Under the pieces are notes generated by a model, which saw only the letters and a program-made list of their open reading frames with translations, did no database searches and was not told the DNA's origin. The translations under genes were made by a program, and so were the position numbers. Source: Candidatus Poribacteria bacterium (GTDB lineage Bacteria; Poribacteria; WGA-4E; PCPOR2b). From it: a stretch of DNA of 64,000 bases. Each line of letters opens with the position of its first letter. Within the stretch, counting starts at the first letter, position 1. The stretch covers positions 1,568,001-1,632,000 of the forward strand of contig OZ240245.1 of NCBI GenBank assembly GCA_965198175.1, given 5' to 3'. Shown one piece after another: positions 25,150-33,500 of the stretch.

Positions 25150-26166
25150 ATGCAAAAGTTGAAGGTTGGCGTGATTGGGTGCGGGTTCTTCGCGCAAAAT
25201 CACCTCGCAGTATGGGATGCAATCGAAGATGTTACGCTCGCCACGGTCTGCGATCAGCAGGAACATCGGGCAAACGCGGCGGCGGCGAAGTTCCACGCAA
25301 GAAAAGTCTACACCGATGCAGAGGAGATGGTTGCAAACGAACCGCTTGACTTCGTTGACATCGTTACAACGCCGCCGACGCACCGTCCGCTTGTAGAGCT
25401 GGCTGCCCGCTATGGACGACACGTCATCTGCCAAAAGCCAATGGCACCGTCGTTGGAAGATGCCAACGCGATGGTCAATGTGTGCCAATCTGCAGGCGTC
25501 GCCTTTATGGTCCACGAGAATATCCGATGGCAAGGCATCATTCAGCGTGCAAAACAGATCGTCAATTCCGGAGAAATAGGCGACCCATTCTTCGCGCAAG
25601 TGTCATTCCGTACGGGCTACAATGTCTACCCCAATCAGCCTTATCTCGCCACTGAGGAACGGATGGTTCTTTACGATATGGGGGTCCATATGTTCGATCT
25701 CGTACGGTTCTTCATGGGAGAAGTCACCAGCCTGTCAGCACAAATCCATCGAATCAACGCGAATATCCGCGGCGAAGATGTTGCCATCGCCCTGCTGCGA
25801 CACGCGCACAGCACGAGCATTGCGAATATGCACTATGTCTCAGCCGTAGAGCACGATGACTTTATACATATTCCGGTGCGAATCGAAGGCGATCGCGGGT
25901 CACTCGAGATTCGACGCGATTATCAACTCAACGTCGTGTCGAGCAAGCAACTTTCTCGCCACCATGTCCCGCCAGCCCAATATCCGTGGGGCAGCCCGTT
26001 GGGCGGGGCACTTGTCGAAAGTGTCATGAATACCCAGAAGCACTGGGTGGACTGTCTACACCGCGGCGTGGAGCCATGTACATCCGGCGCCGATAACTTG
26101 AAAACGCTCGAACTCGTATTTGGCGGATACGAATCGGCAAGCCAAAACAAGATTTATCATTTCTAA
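25150..26166 (+). CDS. Gfo/Idh/MocA family oxidoreductase
   Basis: VGVIGCGFF, HVICQKPMA and DMGVHMFD motifs. Confidence 0.9.
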   Translation: MQKLKVGVIGCGFFAQNHLAVWDAIEDVTLATVCDQQEHRANAAAAKFHARKVYTDAEEMVANEPLDFVDIVTTPPTHRPLVELAARYGRHVICQKPMAPSLEDANAMVNVCQSAGVAFMVHENIRWQGIIQRAKQIVNSGEIGDPFFAQVSFRTGYNVYPNQPYLATEERMVLYDMGVHMFDLVRFFMGEVTSLSAQIHRINANIRGEDVAIALLRHAHSTSIANMHYVSAVEHDDFIHIPVRIEGDRGSLEIRRDYQLNVVSSKQLSRHHVPPAQYPWGSPLGGALVESVMNTQKHWVDCLHRGVEPCTSGADNLKTLELVFGGYESASQNKIYHF

Positions 26167-26185
26167 GTGTTGAGGTACATTCTCT

Positions 26186-27781
26186 ATGTGCAAATATGGC
26201 ATCAAACCGTATCGAAATTTTTTTGTCGCTGCAATGCTCTGGGTTCTCGCCCTATCAATATGCGCCGACGGTGCTACACCAACGATCGGAGGCACACTGA
26301 TTTTTGGGCGCGGAGGGGATTCCATCGGGCTGGACCCAGCTCATGAAGAAGATGGAGAATCTTTCAAGGTGTGCGGCGTTATCTACGATACACTAATACA
26401 ATACAAGGATGAGAGCACCGAAGTCGAACCGGCGTTGGCGGAATCGTGGGAATCCTCGGCGGATGGGCTGACCTGGACCTTCCATCTCCGCGATGGCGTC
26501 AAGTTTCATGATGGAACACCATTGGACGCCGAGGCTGTGCTCTTTTCGCTTAACCGACAGCACGACCCCAACCACCCCTTCCACCACGTCGGAGGCCCCT
26601 ACATCTACTGGTCTGACACCGGACTGGCTGAAATCGTAGATAAAATCACGGCTCTAGATGCCTACACCGTCCAGATTACACTGAAACGCTCGTACGCGCC
26701 CTTTATTTACACCATCGCGATGACGCCCTTTTCGATTGTCAGTCCAACCGCGGCACGCAAATGGCGGGAGGATTTTACGAATCATCCCGCCGGCACTGGA
26801 CCGTTCAATTTCGTGCGTTGGGATCGCGGCGATAAGGTTGTCCTTGAGGTGAACCGCGGCTATTGGGGCGGGCGCCCACCCCTTGATCGAATTATCTTCC
26901 GATCAATCCCTGACAATTCGGTGCGACTCATTGAGCTACAGAACGGGAGTATCCACGCAATGGAGTTTCCAAACCCCGATGACCTCCCCCATATCCGCGA
27001 GGATACACAACTGCAAATCATTGAGCAGCCCGGCATGAACGTCGGCTACCTCGCAATGAATATGGATAAAAAGCCGTTCGATAATCTCAAAGTTCGCCGC
27101 GCCATCAATCATGCCATTAACAAACACGAAATCATCACGCAATTGTATCAAGGGATGGGAATTCCCGCCAAAAACCCTATCCCGCCGACGATGTGGAGTT
27201 ACGATGACTCAATTGAGGAATATATGTATGAGCCTGAAAAGGCAAAACAGTTGCTCCAAGAAGCGGGTTATCCGGACGGTTTCGAGACAACACTCTGGGC
27301 GTTGCCGGTGCCACGACCGTACATCCCCGCCGGACAAATTCTCGCGGTCGCTATTCAATCGGATCTGCGTCGCGTCGGAATCAAAGCAAAGATTGTGACC
27401 TTCGACTGGGGGACGTATCTGGAGAAAACCAAAAACGGAGAGCACGATATGGCGATGCTAGGGTGGTCTGCCGACATCGGCGATCCGGACAACTTCTTCT
27501 ACTACCTTTTGAGCAAGGAAGCTGCCCAAAAACCTGCGGGCAATATCTCCTTCTATCGCAGCGATGAAATGCAGGAAATACTCGTCCAAGCACAGTCAGC
27601 CACCAATCAAGCGAAACGGGTTGAACTTTACAAAAAAGCTCAGCGAATCTTTCACCGAGACATCCCTTGGGTTCCACTCGCACACGCCAAGCAGATGGTA
27701 ATCATCAACAAACAACTCAAGAACCTCAAGCTACACCCGACGACGTGGAAATATTTCCGGCAGATCTGGCTTGAGCAGTGA
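26186..27781 (+). CDS. dppA: Peptide ABC transporter substrate-binding protein (family 5)
   Basis: Signal peptide; PALAESWE, WTFHLRDGVKFHDG, GTGPF and VRRAINHAINK motifs. Confidence 0.85.
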   Translation: MCKYGIKPYRNFFVAAMLWVLALSICADGATPTIGGTLIFGRGGDSIGLDPAHEEDGESFKVCGVIYDTLIQYKDESTEVEPALAESWESSADGLTWTFHLRDGVKFHDGTPLDAEAVLFSLNRQHDPNHPFHHVGGPYIYWSDTGLAEIVDKITALDAYTVQITLKRSYAPFIYTIAMTPFSIVSPTAARKWREDFTNHPAGTGPFNFVRWDRGDKVVLEVNRGYWGGRPPLDRIIFRSIPDNSVRLIELQNGSIHAMEFPNPDDLPHIREDTQLQIIEQPGMNVGYLAMNMDKKPFDNLKVRRAINHAINKHEIITQLYQGMGIPAKNPIPPTMWSYDDSIEEYMYEPEKAKQLLQEAGYPDGFETTLWALPVPRPYIPAGQILAVAIQSDLRRVGIKAKIVTFDWGTYLEKTKNGEHDMAMLGWSADIGDPDNFFYYLLSKEAAQKPAGNISFYRSDEMQEILVQAQSATNQAKRVELYKKAQRIFHRDIPWVPLAHAKQMVIINKQLKNLKLHPTTWKYFRQIWLEQ

Positions 27782-28145
27782 AGCGGAAACCGTTCAAAGT
27801 TCATCTCGTTTGATCCAACACGCAATGGACATGTCACAATTTAGTGGTGTTGATTGGGTGACCGGTTAATAGTAAATCCACATCAAGGAGGGTAAAGGGA
27901 ATCTCTTTCAACAATACCGCCTTGTGGATAGATACCGTGAAACCCAACACCGATTCGAGATTTGGAAGACCTCAAGCAGAATCCAACCCTGCAACCCAAG
28001 TCTAATGCTCGGCATTTCTCATCGGTTCCGTTCAACCCAACCTCCGCTTAACTGAAGTGACATACTTCATCCTCGCTTTTGGCTAGTCAGTTGGACGTCA
28101 TTTTTAGTTAGCTCCTCGCCCAGACATGAGGTAACATTATACCCG

Positions 28146-28592
28146 ATGAAAACGCAACTATGTCGCCTCGTCCTGTGTTCGACGGCGATGTATTTCATCT
28201 GCCTGAACCTACCAGTTCTCCCGGCGTCGCCGGGTATCGAAACACATCTGTGTGGCTTTTCCGAGCAGCAGACAATCAACCGTCGATATGCCCGTACCTT
28301 TGCGAATCTGGAAGTTGGTGTGCCACGCACAGTGCGGTTAGTCTACTTGCTGCCTGTCGACCGCCCACCGAGGGGTGGCATTGGGGAGAAAATGGACGCC
28401 TTGATTAGAGATGTCCGCGAGTTTTACGCGGACCAGATGGAAAATCACGGCTTTGGCAGAAAGTCCTTCAGTACGGAGGATTCAAGGCGGTTGCACGTGC
28501 GGGCGATGATGGAGATAATCCCATCACCGGAGGTCAGTCGTTTATCATGGTCGCGCAGTCCGACTCAAAACGCTCAACACGGTATGGAATAG
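28146..28592 (+). pseudogene. Truncated paralog of the N-terminus of the 29398 protein
   Basis: THLCG, NLEVGVPRTVRLVYLLP and FYADQMENHGFG align with THFCG, NLNVGEPRTVRMIYFLP and FYAEQMGVHGYG; similarity stops at about residue 109. Confidence 0.7.
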
Positions 28593-28602
28593 CGAACTGG
28601 CT

Positions 28603-28832
28603 GGCGGGGCAAGGAAGATCGCTATCGCACTCACTATCCGTTCGCTTGATCCCCCGCCTACGGAATGGCGACAATGGCGTAGGCGGGGATCAAGCAAATG
28701 AATAACGTGTGCGATAGAGATTCTTCCTGATCCGCCCAATGCGCCACGCCCTGTAGCCGCATCGCGCTACACTCCGTAGGCGGGGATCAAGCGAACGGAT
28801 AGTGAGCGCGATAGTGATCCGCTTGCCCCGCC
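28603..28832. repeat. Cluster of three ~60-bp GTAG-type REP elements (one inverted)
   Basis: GTAGGCGGGGATCAAGC...CCGCC at 28679 and 28776; reverse copy at 28603-28664. Confidence 0.8.
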
Positions 28833-28864
28833 TTGTGCCGACACATAATTCAAAGGCAATAACC

Positions 28865-29161
28865 GTGAACCCGATTCCAAAACGCAGAAACCATCAATTA
28901 CGATAGGGACGACACACGATATCCGGTACATACTACTTTTTAACGACTGTCACATTCAAACGACGACGTATACTCTCAAGCTCTCACGTCGCACAAATCA
29001 TTTTCGATGCCTTGCAATGGCTTGAAAACGAAGACCGCATCAGGTGGATATGTATCATGATAATGCCTGACCATATTCATGCGATTATCCAACTGCGTTG
29101 CAATCAAACGCTAGCAAGCGTCATGCATTCTCTCAAGAGTTTCACAGCGAGGGAGATTAAC
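28865..29161 (+). pseudogene. REP-associated tyrosine transposase (RAYT/TnpA-REP) remnant
   Basis: LR*GRH..GTYYFLTTVT..R, IMPDHIH (HUH motif), LKSFTAREIN; TAG at 28904; truncated before the catalytic Tyr. Confidence 0.8.
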
Positions 29162-29207
29162 GTGTGCGATAGAAATCTCCCTTCCCCCATCCACAGCTCC
29201 ACACTTT

Positions 29208-29231
29208 GTAGGCGGGGCATCTTGCCCCGCC
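29208..29231. repeat. Short GTAG-type REP palindrome
   Basis: GTAGGCGGGGCATCTTGCCCCGCC; another GTAGGCGGG at 29310. Confidence 0.7.
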
Positions 29232-29397
29232 ACACGGCAGACGGTCATCGCCGCGTACCAAAAAGTGTTGACTTACAACCCGAATTTTAGGACAATAGCC
29301 GCAGAGCACGTAGGCGGGCGATTCATCACCCATTGTCTTAATGCGCTCAATGAATGGCACAACTGACTTACCTTAACCGTAAGGAGGTCCCACACTC

Positions 29398-30519
29398 ATG
29401 AAAAGCCAACTTTATCGTATCACGTTGTATTCCATACTAACCTATTTCGCCCTATCCGCACCCAACTCAGCCGGTGCCGCCTCCCAACAATCCGGGAGGA
29501 ACGGGACACACTTTTGCGGTGTTATTGATAATCAATGGAACAAACGGTATTCCGACCAATTTCCCAGCCGTCGCTTTGCCCGATCCTTTGCGCCGAATCT
29601 GAACGTCGGTGAACCCCGCACGGTGCGAATGATCTACTTTCTGCCCAATGACTGGCAATACCGCGCCGACGTGGTTCAGAAGATGAAAGATGATATTCGC
29701 ACCACTCAGACCTTCTATGCCGAACAGATGGGTGTGCACGGTTACGGGGAAGTCCCCTTCCGCATCGAAACCGATCCCCAAGGCAAGCCGCTGGTGCATC
29801 GCGTGGATGGGCAACACCCCTTTAGTTACTACGACAATACCCTTGGTAGCAAGGTGTTTTCCGAACTTCAAATGGAATTTGATTTTGGTGAAAACATCTA
29901 CTTCATCGTCCTTGGTACAGATGCGCTTCGTCAGGGTAATGGCCAGCCTGCGAGCGGTGTCGGGTACCGCCAATCGAAAAATGGTGGGATGTTCTTGGTT
30001 CCTAATAAATTTTCTTGGGACTTAGTGGCACACGAACTGGGACACTCCTTCGGATTAAATCACGATTTCAGGGATGGTGCACACATCATGTCGTATGGTC
30101 CAGGATGGAATCGGTTATCTGTGTGTGCTGCCGAATTCCTGTCTGTGCATTCCTACTTCAATCCTGATACTCCAATTGAAGAGGAGCAGCCACCCACCAT
30201 CGAACTCATTTCAGCGCAAACCTATCCGCCGGGTTCAATGAGTGTCCCGGTTCGAGTCCAAGTCAACGATTCAGACGGGCTTCACCAAGTGCTCTTACAC
30301 GCGGTTGGTGCGCTGCAGCAGTGTCACAAATTAACGGGTGAAAAAGATGCCATCGTTGAATTTGACTATGACGGTGGTTTTGCACTTAGGGGATTTACGA
30401 GTTTTTCTAGCGCTGTTACACATGGGATTCGTGTTGATATCGTTGATACAGATGGGAATGTGAGTGATACGTCTTTTTTTAATTGCGGAAGAGTCGCCGC
30501 ACCACACCGGCACGCTTGA
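29398..30519 (+). CDS. N-terminal part of giant secreted protein: signal peptide plus metzincin metallopeptidase
   Basis: AAGGAGG RBS; HELGHSFGLNH and IMSY Met-turn; continues into 30464..36163 by a +1 shift at T7 (30474-30480). Confidence 0.8.
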   Translation: MKSQLYRITLYSILTYFALSAPNSAGAASQQSGRNGTHFCGVIDNQWNKRYSDQFPSRRFARSFAPNLNVGEPRTVRMIYFLPNDWQYRADVVQKMKDDIRTTQTFYAEQMGVHGYGEVPFRIETDPQGKPLVHRVDGQHPFSYYDNTLGSKVFSELQMEFDFGENIYFIVLGTDALRQGNGQPASGVGYRQSKNGGMFLVPNKFSWDLVAHELGHSFGLNHDFRDGAHIMSYGPGWNRLSVCAAEFLSVHSYFNPDTPIEEEQPPTIELISAQTYPPGSMSVPVRVQVNDSDGLHQVLLHAVGALQQCHKLTGEKDAIVEFDYDGGFALRGFTSFSSAVTHGIRVDIVDTDGNVSDTSFFNCGRVAAPHRHA

Positions 30520-33500
30520 AGGGCATACAGCTCGGGTCAGTTCTGTATCGTTTTCGCTCGATGGAACACTCGCTTCCGGCTCACGAGATGGCACGGTCAA
30601 GCTATGGGACGTGGGGGCAATACAGAATATCGCCACCCTAATGCATGGGGATTGGGTTGAAGCGGTATCGTTTTCACCCGATGGGACAACTCTTGCCTCG
30701 GGGGGGAATCGTGGAACGCTCAAGCTTTGGGACGTGACGACGCAACAAGAGATCACTACCCTTGAAGGGCATAACAATTGGGTCAATTCTGTATCGTTTT
30801 CACCCGATGGGCGAACTCTCGCGTCCGGGGCGGGAGGTTACACCGCTTCCGGCGAGGCAGTGAAAAGCATGGTCAAACTGTGGGATGTAACAACAGGAGT
30901 GGAATTCGCTACCCTATTGCATGAGGGTTTTGTTACGGCGGTGTCGTTTTCCGACACGGGGATGCTGGCTTCCGGGTCGGGGGATGGTACGGTCAAACTG
31001 TGGGACGTTACGTCGCAACAAAATATAGCCACCCTCCCGCGTGAGAATATTATCCATTCCGTGCCGTTTTATCCCGATATCCTATCCGTGTCGTTTTCAC
31101 CCGACGGAACGATCCTTGCCTCCGGGGGAAGGGCTGGAATTGAGTTGTGGGACGTGGCGACAAGACAAAATATCGGCACCCTGACGCATGGGGGTACTGT
31201 CTCTTCCGTGTCATTTTTCGACGAGGAAACTCTCGCGTCTGGAGGGGGGGATAGAACGGTCAAGCTGTGGGACATGACGACGAGAGCAAGTTTTGCTACC
31301 TTCCCGCATACGAGTGTCATCGATTCTGTATCGTTTTCACCTGAAGGGGGGACCCTTGCCTCCGGGACGTCGGGGGGCACGGTCGAACTGTGGGATATGT
31401 CTGGGTTGATGGGGGTTCGTCTTGAGGCCTTGGCTGAGGTTGATATCCCCGACCCTAACCTTCGCGCTGCGATTGTGGAAGCGATTGGGTTGCCACCGAG
31501 TACCCCCATTGTCCGGGGACACTTAGAAAATTTGACCGACCTTGAAGCAAACAACGCCAATATAAGCGATTTGACCGGGCTTGAAGCTGCAACCAAACTG
31601 AGGTCGCTGCTTCTTGAGAAAAACAACATCTCGGATTTCTCAGCGATTGCGGGGTTGACTAATCTGAAAAGACTGGGTCTTGGGAGTAACTCGATATCGG
31701 ATATCTCAGCGATTGCGGGTTTAACCAATTTGACAAACCTGACTCTTTGGGACAACAACATATCAGATATCTCAGCGGTTGCGGGGTTGACTAATCTGAA
31801 AAAACTGGGTCTTCGGAGTAACTCGATATCGGACATTTCGGCGGTATCGGGTTTGACTAACCTGCAGACGCTGAATCTTGGGGGTAACTCAGTATCGGAC
31901 ATCTCGGCGGTATCGGGTTTGACTAACCTGCAGACGCTGAATCTTGGGGGTAACAACGTATCGGACGTCTCAGCGGTGGTGAGATTGACACAACTGACAC
32001 AGTTGAATCTTGCCAACAACGCTATCTCGGATGTGTCGCCCCTGTTGGCGTTAAACCTGGCAGGGACATCGTGGGACAGCACAGGGTTGCATCTTGAGGG
32101 CAACCCCTTGAGTTACACCTCCATCTACACACACATCCCCGCCATTCAAGCAAAAGGGGTTGAGGTAAAGTTTGACAACCGAACGGCTACGACACTTTTG
32201 AAAATCACAGGCGCGGTTTCGGCGTCAAATAACAGGCTTACCGTTGAAGTGCGAGATAGTGATGGACGTATATTTGAAGGGGTTCCGGTGACATTTACTG
32301 TCACTTCAGGCGGTGGAACACTCAGTGTCACGAACACAACCACTGATAAGAAGGGCAGGGCACAGAGTACGCTCACGCTGGGGAAGGAATCGAATCGCGT
32401 TACCGTGTCTGCCGTTGGCACTGAACACACGGTAACCTTTAGCGATGTGGCGGAGGATGGGGTACACATCCCTGACCCGATCCTGCGCGCTGCGATTGGA
32501 GCGGCTCTGGACGTGACACCGGGTGACCCAATCAGCGTGGAGGAGATGGCGACTTTGACGCACTTTAGGGCAAAAGACTGGACGGAGGGAGCTTCCATTG
32601 GCCTGCTGACTGGGCTCGAGTTCGCAACTAATCTAACAGAGCTGCGTCTTGGGAACAATAGCATAACGGACATCTCACCACTTTCAGGGTTGACCAACCT
32701 GACAACGCTGAACCTTGAGACAAATAGCGTAACGGATATCTCCCCGCTTTCGGGCTTAACCAATTTGACAAACCTGCATCTTACCGGTAACCACATAACA
32801 GACATTTCGTTTCTGTCAGACTTAACCGGTTTGACAGTACTGCGTCTTGAATACAACCGCATAACGGACATTTCGCCTCTGTCAGGGTTAACCGATTTGA
32901 CAGAGCTGCGTCTTTCTGGTAATAACATAACGGACATCTCCCCGCTTTCGGGATTGACCAACCTGACAAGGCTGGAACTTCCCAGCGGAATAACGGACGT
33001 GCCGGTAATTGTACGGATACTTTCGAGGTTGCCCCATCTGACATCACTGGGACTTTCCAATAGCAATATAGAGGATGTGTCGGCACTTATACCGGTACTT
33101 TCCGACTTAACCGACCTGAGAGTTCTGAATCTCTTTGGCACCGGCATGACTGACCTCTCGCCCTTGGCGGGCTTAACGCATCTGACAACGCTGTATCTTG
33201 GAAACAACTCAGTATCGGATATCACGCCTCTGGCAGAATTAACCAATTTGACAAGCCTAAATCTTTGGGGCAATAATATATCGGATGTCTCACCCCTGTT
33301 GGAAAATACAGGATTGGGGAGTGGAGGCTGGAGTTGGGTTAATGTTCAGGAAAACCCCTTGAGCTACCAATCTATCCACACGCATATCCCAACCCTCGAA
33401 AGTAGAGGCGTTACGGTTTACTTTGACAATCAAGCGCATCCCGCCCTTCTGAAAATCTCAGGCGATAACCAGAGACGTACGCCCGGTAAAACCTTGGCGA

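Noticed and set aside
28904..28906. TAG readthrough or recoding in the RAYT gene
   Set aside because: The gene is also 3'-truncated and TAG serves as a normal stop elsewhere in the window, so pseudogenisation is simpler
30474..30481. Programmed -1 frameshift at TTTTTTA
   Set aside because: Joining the ORFs needs a +1 shift, not -1
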